A stretch of DNA of 64,000 nucleotides from Octopus vulgaris (GCA_951406725.2 OX597816.1:104470001-104534000), one strand, 5' to 3'. Shown: positions 25,263 through 44,983, counted from the stretch's first letter. Notes: generated by a model not told the origin, from the sequence alone. A program made the numbers and translations.

Positions 25263-26845
25263 TTAAATAGTAAACTAACTGCATGAAAAATAATGTAAAC
25301 AAAACTTTTCGAGGAATCTTTTTAGTGAGTCCTGAGAAGAAATTCAGTGTGGAATCATTGACTGCGGTGGAAATAGCGGCCAAGACACCTTTAAATCATG
25401 CTGTGCCGTCTTAGATAAAGAGAAAGATAGATTTGATAATGTAGTTGTAGTTACAATATTTTTGAATAAAGAAGGTAAAAAAAAAAAAAAACTTTTGATC
25501 ATAGGTCATTTGAATAAGGGCCGACATAGGCAAATCTCTTCAATTACTAAGAGCAGTAGCAGTCATGACAACAACAACAACAAGAGCAATTCCTTTTTCT
25601 TCTAATTCGATCTCAGTAAACACGTTTTCCAACTTCTATTTCTATTCTATTTAGAAATAATATTTGAAAGATCGTTTCCTGGCAAAATATTGTTCACATA
25701 CTCTAGTGTTTTGTTTTGTTTCATAATTTTTAGTATTGTTATTAAAGTCTGTATTATCTTCGTGACAACATCGTCGAGTCATATCAAAAGTGTGATATGT
25801 ATCAAATCTTAAGTTGTTAATTAACATAATCACAAGACTAGAATTGAAATTCTGAAAGTCTGTGACACAGACATAACTTACAATGCTGATGTAAGGAGTA
25901 ATCAACAAAGCCTCTACTCGGACGATTGTCGTAATAAAAGTAACAGCCAAATCTTCTAAAGGCACACATTGCTCGAAGAAATCATATACAGGTTCTGCTA
26001 GAAATAGCAACCGAGTCTCATTAAACGCTTACTGCAACGTATCAGAAGAGATAATGTGGTTCTGGTTTCTATACTTTCCATCATCAGTATGAAAAAATTG
26101 GCATTAAATGTAGCTAAGCACCACCAATATAGTCAGCAACAACGACAAATACAAGTACTGAAATGACAAAAGATAAGGTTGTCGGGGCTGGAATAACTTT
26201 GATTATAGTTTTGCCCTACAGTGCCGACCTGGAGCTAAAGAATAATATTATTGCTAAAATTAAACATTAAAAAATATTTCCTTCTTAAATGCTATCATAT
26301 TCTTGTTGCTCCAGAGCAACAAGAATAAATTAAATTAAATATCCCTTTATAGAAAAGTGTGCAAATAGTAATGTACGTATGACTGTGTGGTATGAGTGCG
26401 TGTGTGTGTCTGTGTGTGTGTGTGCTTGTGTGTGAGATGGCAGGAATTTTCATGTTTGCTTGATTTAAATAATTTTTCTTTTATATATTTTTTCAGCAAT
26501 GACCGACGTTTGAAACACTGTCATTTTGTTAGTTCTTCAAAGACGTCGTTGATTACTGGAACTGACAGTTACAATGTTTTCTTGTACTTCCAAGACTACA
26601 GTTTTCAAAGGCAATCAAGGAATGTTAATTACAACCAGGATAGATCTGTCCGATTTTAATTTAGTAAGTAAACTAATTTCGATCATGTTAGCTGATAATA
26701 TATATTACATGTCTCAAAATCAAATTATAGAATCAATCTTTTAGCAAATTGTTTGATCCTCCTGAAACATGTAATCTGCAGTCCAAAAGCAAAACGGGAA
26801 ACGAGACAATACCCAAAAATATATAATATATATATATAACAAGTG

Positions 26846-26923
<78 letters not shown>

Positions 26924-27294
26924 AGAAAGATCAGAGGAAAATGCTAGGTTGTTGAAAAAGTAATGTTAATAAGACACTAGAAATGCTACTGAAGAAACTG
27001 ATAAAGGACATTAATAAAAATAAAAGCAAAAGAGGGAAAATTTGAAAATTGTGAAATAATATTTATGAGACCCATTTATTGCAAAGAGAATGAAAAGTTC
27101 CGAAATCTCCCATCTACAGAAGGTAAAATTTAGTTTGAATGCAATATTTTGTACAAATGGAAGAATATAATAAAGTTCATAAGTAATTATGAGCAATCGG
27201 CTATATATATATATATATACTGAATGGAAATAGTATTAAAATAAAAATCTATTAATCACATCTCTGGAAGAAATTCGTGAGAACAAAATTTAAA

Positions 27295-29326
27295 ATGTTC
27301 TACAAAAAACCGTTAAAGTCTGCATCATTAGCGACAGAGACTAAAATCACAAGACCGAATGTTAAAGTTTCTAATCATCAAACTGAGACGGAAAGTAACC
27401 CTACCGTTTTGAGGAAGGTTATCTATTACCAGAACCGGTTTGTTGTGATAGATACCGTTCAGAAAAATGATCTGTCTCCGTCGCTTCCTAAAAATTCCCA
27501 AAATGATACAGTCGAGGATAGTACGGCCATTGGTTCTTCTAGTGAAGCAAAAGGTGTTAAAAATAATACTGATAACGGTAGCACAAGATTCTCCAAATTG
27601 GCAACTATTGATGAGGTTCCGACGGAAAAAGAGGAAAGTTCATTTGAAATTAGTGAGGACCTTGCTGAAAGAGATAAAAACAATACAAATAAAAAGAATA
27701 TGCAAGATAAAAATAATGCCTATCTGTTAAGTAATAAAAATAACATTCTGTATGATAATGTTGAAAATGCTTCTAACTGTTCATTTTTGTGGTCATCACA
27801 CCCCAGTCTTAGTTCTTTAACTCTGGCAAAGACCCCTTCCGAGAGCAGCCTGATTGATAGCTACGAGGCGATCGTCTCTAGTAGTTCAAAAGTTGTATGT
27901 CCATTAGCGAGTGTAAATGTTATTCAAGCAAGCGACGTTGACTTACTCGGTAATGTGACAATGACAGCGGCAGCTATAGCCGCTGCGATCAGTGGCATCA
28001 CTATCAATATTTCAAATACAACGACAGCTGCAGTAGCAGATCCCCAGGTAACCTGCAGCACCGGAAAATTGCTAGAGCGCGTGCGCACTGAAAAAGCTGA
28101 TGCCAGTCACTTGCCTACATTCCTGCCATCAGCCGGCTTGGCCTCACCAGCAGACGACGCTTTCAGTTCGCATGAAGACGCGTCCGATCTCCGCAGCCAC
28201 CATCGGCTTGATAGCGCTGTCACGGACAGCACAGCCGAAGATTCACCGAGCAAAAGTAGTGAAAACAGCACTAAATCTCCAGATAGCCAAGATAACATTT
28301 TTCAAGGAGTTCCCACTTATAAATCACACACTCAAAGAGAAAGTGAACGAAGCTACAATTACGATTATCAAGGTGAACAGAGAGAGAAAACAGAAGAAAA
28401 AAAAGAAGAGGAAATAGAAGCAAAACGAAATAAAAAGGACAGCTGTAGAAGGAAAGAATTTAAAAGAAATAAATACGGACGACACAGCACGGGTGTGAAT
28501 GTAACTTTTCCTGAAAAAAATGTCCTTAAAGATTCAAAACATTTTAAATTGACAGACTGTGATAACGACGATGTCAGTGGTGATAAGAGAGTTTTAAAAG
28601 AAAAGCAAATCGGCGCTACAGATAGAGGAATAATAATTACATCAACAACAGTAAAAGCAACAACGGTAACGAAAAGAAAACCAACATCAAAAACAGCAGC
28701 AACAGCAACAACAACAACTGTCAGAGCAGACGCAGTAGCAAGATCATCACCAGCATCAACAGCATCAGTAGCAGCAGCATCCCCAGTTACCATGGATACG
28801 CGGAGCATCGAGATAATAGTGAACGATGAAAACGAGACAAGTCATGTAGGGTACAGCAGCAGCAGCAGAGGTGGCGGGGGCGGCGGTGCAGCAGGAGGAG
28901 AAGGAGGAGGATGCAGAAGAAGTAGGGAAGGAACTGGAGATGTAGACAATTTCAACAGCGACGGTGAACCCGGTAATAGTAGTCGTGTCAGTGGCGTCCG
29001 CTCCCTCAGCGGAGGGTCGCTCCCATCTGGTGCATCTCTGAACGCAACCAAGGGACGGACTTCGGTGAAAAGAGCTGCGAGTCGGAACAACAGCAGGGCT
29101 TCTATCCAGAATAAAAGCAGTATGGAGAAGAACATGACATGGAAAAGGATATCAAAGATACTGTTAGATGACCGGATGGGTGATATTGATGACCGTGAGA
29201 AGGTACTAAACCTAGATGAACCAGGGCAGTACCGAGTGTTGAAGAAAGTACTAAATATACTTTTTGTCACCATAGGGATCGCTCTGTTACTGGCCGTTAT
29301 TGTCGTTGTTATCTACACTGCCATAG
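27295..29326 (+). CDS. First coding exon (677 codons + 1 nt) of a probable type II single-pass membrane protein
   Basis: Uninterrupted 2-kb non-repetitive ORF from AAAATG; S/T/K/E-rich disordered region, then basic residues and the hydrophobic helix VLNILFVTIGIALLLAVIVVVIYTAI; ends at AG|GTAAGT (phase 1). Family not recognised. Confidence 0.85.
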
Positions 29327-29354
29327 GTAAGTTGACGCATTCGTTTTCTCTCCT

Positions 29355-29585
29355 TCCACCACTGTCACCACTACCACCACCACCACCACAACCACAATGC
29401 AATCATTGTCATCACCACTACCAGCAACACCACTATCACCACCACCACCACCATTTAATTTCCACCACCGCAAGCACCACCACAACCACTCCCATCACTA
29501 CGCCCACCACCATACGATCACCACCATTACCTTCACTGCTCCTACTACCATTCCCCCACCACCACCACCACCACCATCACCTCCA
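29355..29585. repeat. Degenerate (CAC)n repeat at the intron start
   Basis: Visible; explains the poly-H/P/T ORF tail. Confidence 0.85.
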
Positions 29586-30299
29586 GCTTTCGATAGAGAT
29601 CGTTAAAAACTTATCTTCTTGCTTTATTAGTTGTTGTTTACATGCTGATGAAAACATTACGACGCACGCAGTAAACCCATCCTTACGCAAAACGCACGTA
29701 CGACCAACTACCCAACGTATAAACTAAATTACAGACATAAAAATGCATAGACACAGTCACACGTCTACATACAAGTGCTCGCATAAACACTTATGCAAAC
29801 GTCTACATACAGGTTACACGCTACCGTACATATTGGCAAACGAATGGTTGAGTCATGTTGTATAATATATTTTCATTGCACAACGAAGTTGACCGTTCTG
29901 ATGCAGCGTGTGTGCACACACATGTACGCACGTACACACGCATGCGTGCACACACGACCAAACGCGTATGAAAAAATATATATATATACACACACGCATA
30001 TATATGTATATGTGTGTTTCGTGCATGTATGTGTGACTGTGTTTAGAAACACACAAACAAAACATGCATAGCGTTATATATATAATGCGACTTCGTGAAT
30101 TTCTATTATAAGGATATACACAAGAGCTTACCTACGTTCATAATAGGAATCTATCGGTATAGCTCGTGTATTGAGTATGATATAACAACTGTACATACGT
30201 GTACATGAGTGACTGTATGTATGTATATGCGAGTGCCTATGTGTGTGTACGCACGCATGTGTGCGAGTGTGCTTGAGTCTGTACATTTCACATCGGTCG

Positions 30300-30306
30300 T
30301 GTGTGA

Positions 30307-30359
<53 letters not shown>

Positions 30360-30577
30360 ATGTGGCTGTGTATATGTGTGTGTGTGTGTGTGTGCATACA
30401 GAGATTATATACAGACCCATGTTTTATATATGAAAAAATAAATAAATAAATAAATAAAAAAAAATATATATATATATACACGCGCGCAACAACGCGACTA
30501 TACACAATTGCATTCTCGCATACATACATATAGATACATACGTAATACGTATATAAATACATATATATATGTTGTGT

Positions 30578-30608
<31 letters not shown>

Positions 30609-31167
30609 AGGTGGTTCGATTGCACAATACTTATATGAATATATGTGTGTGTGTCAGTGCGTATTTATATATATATGTAGATATATGGATATAGGTACAT
30701 ATGTATGTATACATGTATGTATGCATACATGTATGTATGCATGACTATGTGTATGTATGTATTATGTATGTGTGTGTGTATGTATGTATGTATGTATGTA
30801 TGTATGTATGTATGTATGTATGTGTGTGTGTATGTAAGTATGTATAGTCTATACTGAATTCCTCTACAAAGTAACCTCGCTCGCTTGCATACTTGTTTGT
30901 GATCGGAAGAATAGCTTTGATGACATCTAGCCTAGTTTGGTTATGAGAATTTCAAACATATCTGGACAAAATATACACTACGAGAGTGCACTCACACATG
31001 ACAGACAACATAAAACGCGCACACACACGAACATACACAGATATATACATGCACACACACCGGGAAAGACGCATACAAACTCGTCACCTACGCACGAACA
31101 AACAGATCTGTAACAACGTATTTTAAAACATGCATACACGCAAGTATTACATACTACAACAGTAAGA

Positions 31168-31235
<68 letters not shown>

Positions 31236-31429
31236 GTGTGTGTGTGTGTGTGTGTATGTGTGTAGTATGGTGCAAACACAAAAGAAAGCATGCAGAAAGA
31301 AGTATTCCTGTGTTTGAAGTTATGTATGAGTGCATTAGTATCTGTGATATTGTGTTTGACTATATGTACGGACAAGTATGTAAGTACGCATATATGTGTA
31401 TATATTTGTACAAACACACACACGCACAT

Positions 31430-31462
<33 letters not shown>

Positions 31463-31828
31463 AGGAGTGAGAGAGAAAGACAAGAAGAGGGAGAGGCGGG
31501 GGAGGAGGAGAGAAAGCGAAAGTATTGTAATATGTAGAAGAATGCAAAAACTGCTTCTATTTCCAAATACACTTGCAACGACGTGAATTGTTTTGTACTT
31601 ACTTAATAAAATATTTTTTATATCTTTCTCTCATTCGGTATTTCTTCAATGAGGTATCTATGTATGAGTACACACACATACACACGCGCACACACAAACG
31701 CACACACACAAACGCGTACACACAAACACACACACATACACACGCGCACACACAAACACACACAAAGACACCCATACTCACATGTGTGTATTTATATAAC
31801 TATATACATGCAATTGGTACAATGCATA

Positions 31829-31924
<96 letters not shown>

Positions 31925-32112
31925 CATACATACATACATACATACATACATACATACATACATACATACATACATACACACGTGCGTACTCATATTTCCG
32001 TATGTATGTGCATATACATATGTAAATATATGAATATACGTACATACCTTTATGTATATATAAGTATGTATGTATGAATGGATAGATAGATATATAGATT
32101 GATAAATATTTT

Positions 32113-32195
<83 letters not shown>

Positions 32196-32200
32196 GTGAC
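30300..32200. repeat. Dense microsatellite field (TG, TA, TATG, CA, GATA)
   Basis: Visible. Confidence 0.9.
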
Positions 32201-33184
32201 AATATGTATTTACATATATATGTATATATGTATGTATCTAAAATAATTATATTTATTTATGCTACGCGATTATATCACACAGGTGTGAGATGAAATTAAG
32301 CGAAAGAAATTTCGTAGTTGAATTCGATAGAATCAAATATTCTTTTATACAAACCGGAGATTGAGTGCATCGCAACTCAGAGTTTCTCGTGGCCGATGCT
32401 CGGGTGACTAAACTCACATTAACGAAGCTTTCTTTTACACATACATTTCAATTGAACATTTTCGAGTCGCACTGAAAGGATTTGAGCTGTTTATTCAAAT
32501 ATGTGCATTTAACAAAATTATGTAAAAAAAATGTATATAATGGGCAAAATATATATATATAAACTCTACAAAAAATGTATCAAAATTTAGAAATTCTTCA
32601 TAAATGTTCTTTGCGGGCACTCATAAGAATTAGTATAATTCGAAATCAATTAAGGAATCGGTAATGAAGTAACCGTTTAGAAAGGGTACAAACTCGTGAA
32701 TGAAGTATGTGAGAGTATATGGTTCTTCGACAAAGAATTTCCGCCGAATTCGTAATTTAAATTTTGGGTGTGCGTTACTATTTGAGATATAAATAGCTTA
32801 TAACTTGGCTGATGGCTGCTTTAGCTAAAAGGGGTTCGTTCAGGTCATGTCAGTCATATTAGTCATGTCATGCCAACCGTAGGTCATTGCAAGACACCTG
32901 TTTTAAGTGTTTTCCTATTACAATGCAATAGGATTGGGCGCGGCTTGCGGAATGCTCGCACTCACGTACGCAACCTACACACATACACGTGTTTGTACAC
33001 AGTCACTCTGCCTAATACACATATACACACACACGCACACACGTATGCACACGTGCACATATGTGAAATATGCATGTATGCAGATTACACAGAAACATAC
33101 ACGCAGACATACGGACATACATTTTTATATACAAATGCATATAGTCAAATGTATGCCTCCTATAAATACATATAAATATGAATA

Positions 33185-33253
<69 letters not shown>

Positions 33254-33280
33254 GAGTATATATCATTAACATTATTATTT

Positions 33281-33390
33281 GTCGACTTTGTTTTTCATCC
33301 TTTCGTGGTCAAAAAAATTAGTGCCAGTTGCTGGGGTCAATCTAATCGACTTAGCCCATTCCCCGAAATGTCTGGCCCCCCAAAAATGTG
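33281..33390 (+). mobile_element. SINE family C 3' fragment followed by (ATC)n/(ATT)n
   Basis: GTCGACTTTG...CATCCTTTCG.GGTC...CTGGGGTCAATCTAATCGAC. Confidence 0.7.
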
Positions 33391-34053
33391 AAATCATCAT
33401 CATCATCATCATCCTCATCCTCATTATCATTATCATCATCAACATCATCATCATCATCATACTCATCATCATCAATATAATCATCATCGTCATTATTATT
33501 CCTATTCTTATTCTTCTTATTGTTATTGTTATTATAATTATTATTATAAAGCAAAAGTTACACAGTGACTGAAGAGACGAGAGTTTCAGACATTGACACT
33601 TTTGCATATACACACACACACATATAGCTATAATCATGAATACGTAGCTCACACAAGCAAGTGCATATGCACGCACACGCACACTTCGAATTAAAATTTA
33701 TAATATGTGATGATATGGTCCCGTATATGGTATACTCGCATAAACGAGCAGCAAATGCATACAAGTGTATGCAAAAGCATGTGAATGTTCTCATCAATGA
33801 TTTGATTATAAATTTCTGCGCAGACAGAGACCAGTGCATGCATAACAATTATACAGAAATGCAATGTAAAAAGCAAAAATAGAAATCTATAATGATTATA
33901 ATGTATAATGAAGTCCCAAGCGGGGACGCTCAGAAAATTTTGAGAATCGCCTAAAGACACTGGATTGTTGATATGAAATATAAGAGCCTTACTCTGTGTT
34001 AACACACACATACACACACATACTCGCACATAAGTATCTACATATATGTTCAA

Positions 34054-34390
34054 GTGGAGGCGCAATGGCCCAGTGGTTAGGGCAGCGGACTCGCGGTCGG
34101 AGGATCGCGGTTTCGATTCCCAGACCAGGCGCTGTGTGTGTCTATTGAGCGAAAACACCTAAAAAGGCTCCACGATGCTCCGACAGGCGGGGGTGGAGGG
34201 GAGGGGACCCTATTGTACTCTTTCGCTACTACTTTCACTCACTCTCTCTTCCTGTTTCTTGAGTAACCCTGCGATGGACTGCGATGCGTCCTGTCCAGCT
34301 AGGGGGAAACACATACGCCACAGAAACCGGGAAACCGGGCCCATGAGCCTGGCGGCTAGGCTTGAAAAGGGCGACGTTTATCGTTTTAAT
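34054..34390 (+). mobile_element. SINE family A
   Basis: Head nearly identical to the 4542 copy; 9-bp TSD TATGTTCAA at 34045-34053 and 34391-34399. Confidence 0.9.
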
Positions 34391-35011
34391 TATGTTCAAA
34401 CATATTCATATACATACATACACATATATATAAACATATGGGGGTGGTGCGCACGCGTATATATGTATATGTGTGTATGTGTATGCGTGGAACATACAGA
34501 AATTACGCAACAAATGCGTAAAGAATGTATACAATGAACATTTTCTATTATTTTAAGGAGTGGCTGGTAATCGGTAAAACTTCGTACTAAATAGATAAAT
34601 TTTAAATGTTGTTATAGATATTTGAAAACAAAAAAAGCGGACGTTTGTGAAAATTAAAGGGTATGGTGAATGCATAAATGCATTATTAGTAAAATGTATA
34701 AATGAATCAATATATAAAATAACATTTCTGCTTATACCTACACGCGTAAAGTCAATCTCACAAAATATTTATAAAATACATGAATAGAAGTAAAAACATA
34801 AAATAAAATTAAATTATGGAAAAGTACTCAATGAAATCTAAAGAATACACATCCATATACATCTACACACGCACACGCACATGCACATCACATCATATAT
34901 TTATATGTACATGTACACACATACATGCTAGCTCACACACACACACATACACACACACACGCACCTATATATAAAGAGAGACAGACAGACAGATAGCAGA
35001 CAGACAAACGT

Positions 35012-35101
<90 letters not shown>

Positions 35102-35539
35102 TGATTGATAGATGTTATACGAATAAATGTTATAGGAATGGGGTTATAGCAATAATTATTATGCTATTGTAGTCCCATCCCAATTAAATAGTGAAGCGTA
35201 TGCGATTATGCGTATGCACAAGATTGTGAACGTAATGATTATAAGCATGCGGTACATACATATTTGAGTAGGACATTTAGGATTGTACAGTGTAATATAG
35301 TATATGGGTGCTGAATTTTGAGGCTGCAGGATGTTTCTTACAAAGAGTAAACCATGGTATGCAGAATATAAGATACAAGCTTCGGGTGTTGTATGGGGAT
35401 TCCAGCATGTAGGCTTGTAGCGGGGTTTGGTGTTAACTGGATTTTAGTGTACGTGAATATGTAGATAATAAGCCTTGGCTGACAAATTTTTAAATATGCA
35501 CTGGCATTTTCAATGGCAAATTAAAATGCCTGTACATAT

Positions 35540-35830
35540 TTTATGTTTGGGGTCAGTCGAGGATGGAAAATAATGTCCAACTTCTCCACGGTACATAGGT
35601 TGCAGTGCCTATTTTGTAAGTAAGTTATTGTGAGATCTATTCAATTGATCTCAGTGCCACAGTTCGGTTCTCAATACGAAACCATATGTAGTTGTACATA
35701 TTTGTTTTTATATTGTACTATTATCTAAAAGGTTATAGGTATTCAGTATAATAACAAATTCAAATGACGGGAAGTTTAATTAATTTTACAGGAAGGTCTG
35801 AAACAAGAATCTATGATTGTTGGTCTCTTA
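35540..35830 (-). mobile_element. Penelope-like element GIY-YIG C-terminal fragment
   Basis: Minus frames give NYIW and CNLCTVEKLDIIFHP (C.LC..EK..I motif of PLE endonucleases). Confidence 0.55.
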
Positions 35831-35849
35831 TTCAGAGACACACATACCC

Positions 35850-39790
<3,941 letters not shown>

Positions 39791-41844
39791 ACAAATATAA
39801 AATTCCATAAATTCGTACATATATAAACTTAGGCAATACTAGATGTGTTTGGGCTAGTATTAATCTCGGTTATGTCTAACTAAGTTGTATCACCTGTAGC
39901 AGCTTTTAAAGTCATATTCTGTTGCCCGGAGCCGACTCGTTATCGGGGAACTTGTTAGCAAAATCATCACCGGCAATCGGAGATTTATCTGGTCCTTCTT
40001 CAAAGAATTTGCGCATTACCCTCACAAAGTTATGGAAATGTGTTCTTCTTTGCTTTATTTCGGGACAATGGGAGAGAGACCAAGGCCATTCGACGTTGAA
40101 AATATGCCGCAAATTTGGTAATATACTATAACAGCTGTTATATGAAAGGCGCGCAGTCTGCAAGATCCTAGATCGAGTAAATATTTATCATGATGCTTAC
40201 ATTATTTATACAGAGCTGATACTGTAGTCTCCACATTCTAGTTCTCATTAATTACAAATGATGTAACGTTCATGGCAACGTTGTCCGTACGATAGCTTAG
40301 AAAGTGAAACTAGATAGAAACTAATAGAGGGAGTGCTAGGAATACAAATAGGCCGATTTCTTTAGAATTTCTTGGCAGACTTCTACATTTGTCTCTATCT
40401 CACTTTCCATCGTTACTGTTGCTCACATCTATAATCAGCATTACATTAATTATTTGTATTTGTATTGTTCACCAGTCTCTGCCTTTCTCATTCGCTCTAT
40501 ATCTTTCCATATCTGTCTCTGTCTCTCACACTTTTGTTTCCCTTTTTTCAAATGTATATGCACACGAATTCACAACCATACACATACACAATTATTACTA
40601 CACGCTCATATGTATGCAACAAATTCACATAAATACACATCACATGTATATACATAGACACATACACACACACACACATACACAAACGTACACACACACA
40701 AACACTCATACATAGAAATTTGATTAAACATGATCCACACAGGATTGAAGCATATCAAATTGGAGCACACCACAATTATCGGCTAGACATATATAAATAT
40801 ACATACAAACATGCACATATATATATGCATATTATATATATATATATGCATGTATGTATGTATATATATACCTATATGTAGAAATAGATATAGATACAGA
40901 AGAGAAAGCTTAAAAATACCAATAAACAAAAAACTGACAAAGACCCACCAGAACAATTGACATGTAATTGTATACGCCTATATGTGACTGTTTGTGCATA
41001 TGGATTCCTTGAAATGTAAGTGTGAGTACTTGTGTGATGTTCAACATTGGATATGGACAAAACGCACAACATGAGCATACAACTGTACGGGAATTCCTTT
41101 CTTCAAAGCAAATAGCAAATGCATCTTGTTTAGCAGCAGTTCAGCTGTCATTACATAAGTCTATAGTCAAGGGTTTTCCAACTGAATATCACGTATTTCT
41201 CGTTTATTAATGAATACATTGTCTCATATGTCCTTACAATTTAAGTTGAGATTTGAGGAAAATTTAGTGGTGAGTGACACCGTAGGGGACCCTTTGCTGA
41301 TCCACTTCGATGTCACTCGTCAGGAAATATTAATTTTATAATGACAAAGTCAAACTTGTAAGCAACAACAGTAGCAAAAGCAGTAATGCATGATTTCAGT
41401 ACAATAACAGAGGTTTGGGAAGAGAAGGATCGATTAATTACTTAACGGATACTTTCATCTGCGACCACGAAAATGAAGCTCGTAGTGATTTGAAATCTAG
41501 CTGTAAAAAGATAACACTAAATTCCATAAAGTAATTTGTTATATATTTTAACAGTTCTGCCAGTTCAATGCCTTCAGAAATGATATTTATAAAATCTTGA
41601 ATAGGAACGAAACAAGAAATAGTGGATGGACGAACAGCAGTTATCTACCCCATTATGTTGAATAATACTTCATTGTATTAATTCACAGAGAGAGGGGGGG
41701 GCAACAAAACTAACCTTCGTAGGATTTGAACTCAGAAGGTGGGGGAAAATGCTGCAAAGCATTACATCCAGCTCGCTGACGATTTAGCGAATCCACGACC
41801 CGAATGATAACAACAACAACAACAACAAAAATAATAATAATGAT

Positions 41845-42048
41845 CCGTTTTACTGTGGGCACAAACCGGCATTTTGGGATATGGGGCTAGTCGAATATAT
41901 TGACACCACCGCTAAACTGTTACTTTATTGACCCTGAAGGATGAAAGGAAAAGACAGCCTCTGGGAAATTTGAACCGAGGACGTAAGGACGGACAAAATA
42001 GTGCTGAGTATTAAGTCCGGCGTACTATGTATTCTACGAGGTCGCCGT
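41845..42048 (-). mobile_element. SINE family C (diverged)
   Basis: GAAGGATGAAAGG...AATTTGAAC...GGTCGCCG is the reverse complement of the family C head and body. Confidence 0.65.
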
Positions 42049-42068
42049 CTTCTTAATAATAACAATGA

Positions 42069-42128
<60 letters not shown>

Positions 42129-42134
42129 GCGAAC

Positions 42135-42235
42135 AGGTAGCAGAATCATTAGCACGCCGGGCATATGCTCAGTGGTATTTCGCCCGTCGCTACTTTCCGA
42201 GGTCGACTTAGCCTTACGTCCTTTCGGTGTCGATT
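42135..42235 (+). mobile_element. SINE family C 5' fragment
   Basis: GCAGAATCATTAGCACGCCGGGC...GGTATTTCG...CCGAGGTCGACTT. Confidence 0.7.
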
Positions 42236-42249
42236 AATTATTATTATTA

Positions 42250-42905
<656 letters not shown>

Positions 42906-43317
42906 CTTGCAAAAACATATATGCTTCTGTTTGGGAGCGTTAGTGAATCTCGATTCGGGTTGACGGTTCACAAACAGTGTTCTTTTAAAATTCGGCGAAA
43001 ATTATCAAATAAAGGAAATAAAGTATAGTTTCTTTAGCCACTGGATCCTATATATAAAGGAGCCGTTGAGGTAACGAACCACGAAAGCTGGTTGGAATTC
43101 CCTAAGCGACGAGTGGGTCTCTGCGTGTGCGCACGTTTGTACATATGTTTGTGTGCGCGTGCACGTGCGTTGTGTGTGTATGTGTTTGTGTCTATTGGTG
43201 GCAATGTCGTCGTTTATATTAGGATTTTTACTCTACAAGTTCTTGGTCGTTTTACAGAAGACTTACAAGTGTAACAAGTAACATACTTGACTATAAGCAT
43301 TGTAACACACTTTAATC

Positions 43318-43436
43318 CAGTAGTAGTCGTAGTAGTAGTAGCGGCAGCGGTGGTGGTGGTGATGGTAGAAGTAGTCGTAGCAGCAGCGGCAGTAGTGGTG
43401 GTGGTGGTAGCGGCGGCGGCGGCAGCAGAAGTAGTG

Positions 43437-43476
<40 letters not shown>
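43318..43476. repeat. (GTA/GTG/GCA)n trinucleotide repeat
   Basis: Visible. Confidence 0.9.
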
Positions 43477-43881
43477 AGAAGATCCAATCCAATATCTAGC
43501 TTGGCTGGGTTTACAGCTGGTAAGCACATAAGATAATTATTCTGGAGTTCCCACGTTTTTTCCCCATTCACCGCTACCTGTGTGAATAATGACATTAGTT
43601 CAGTGGATTGAAAAATTTAGAAATAACGTGGAACAAAATTGGCATTTGATGTTTTTGATTGCGCTGTTTAGGTTCTGAGTTCAAATCAATCCAGGATCGA
43701 TTTTTCCTTTCATCATTCTGTGGGTCGAATAAAATAATGTAACTGTCAAATAACGAAGTCGATGTAACCGAGCATTAGAAGGAACCATGGTTTTGTGGTA
43801 ATATTTGAAATCGGAAATGCTAAGTATTTATGACATTATATACATATATACATACATGAATGCATACATGCATACATATGC

Positions 43882-44040
43882 GAGTCTCCTTTCAGTTTCC
43901 GTCTACCAAATCTACTCACTATAACCCTGGGCTAACAGGGTTATAGCACGAGACACACAAGGTACCACGCAGTGGAACTGAACTAGGAACCATGTGTTTA
44001 GGATGCAAATTTCTTATCACTGAGCTTCGCCTACGCCCTG
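43882..44040 (-). mobile_element. SINE family D
   Basis: TTCAGTTTCCGTCTACCAAATC...CACGCAGTGGAACTGAAC on the plus strand. Confidence 0.75.
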
Positions 44041-44639
44041 TTAATAATGATAGTTGAAATATGTATAAAAGCAGAAAACGAATTACTAGGATTTGAATAT
44101 AGTCGATTAAACGAATCTCAATACTTGACTGGCACTTAATATTATCGAACACACAAAGTGCAATATATATATATACCGAAATACAATTTTGTTTGGCGGT
44201 TTAAGTTCTGCCAATCCAATACCAAAGCCAATATTAATAATTCTGGTATTATACCAACTAATTTATAAGCGCGTGTCTACTTGGAAAAGATAAAACATAG
44301 AAATGATGGAAAAATTCTAAAAGATATGTACAGAATAGTAAAATTAATAGTGAGATTAATAATCAAAAAAACATAAATATGTCTATTCATATCCAGGTAA
44401 TAAACTATAGTTTCAATATAATAACTTAGAAGATAAGTGGAGTGAAAAGACCTGCTGGAAAATCCAAATACCAGGTGGGTCTAGAAAGCGTTTAATAATG
44501 CAGCATGTGAAAGAGATAATTTGAAAAATTTACATTGACATGTTTGTATGCTAACCTGTATGATTGTGCGCGTGAGTGCATAAGTCCGCACTAATACATA
44601 CAAAGAAACACATACACACACACAAACACACACACACAA

Positions 44640-44670
<31 letters not shown>

Positions 44671-44912
44671 TGTATGACAGCATGTAGCTATATCTATCAA
44701 TCTATTTATCTGTATCTATTTCTCCACTCTCTCCTCTCTCTCTCTCTATCTCCTCATCTTTCTCCTCCTCCTTTTTCTCTCCGTCTTTCTATGTATATAT
44801 ATAAACACACATGTATGTTTGTGTATGTATATATATAGAGAGAGAGAAACTAAAAGACAGATAAATATAGATTTATAGGCATAAATTTCAAAAGTATATA
44901 TAAAAATATATA

Positions 44913-44983
<71 letters not shown>

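Noticed and set aside
27277-27294. GTG start of the 816-aa ORF
   Set aside because: Eukaryotic context; the in-frame AAAATG at 27295 is the plausible start.
28368-29273. Antisense ORFs of 146 and 143 aa
   Set aside because: Shadows of the low-complexity sense exon.
29327-29727. C-terminal poly-His/Pro/Thr part of the 816-aa ORF
   Set aside because: It lies after a consensus GTAAGT donor and is a CAC microsatellite, so most likely intron read-through.
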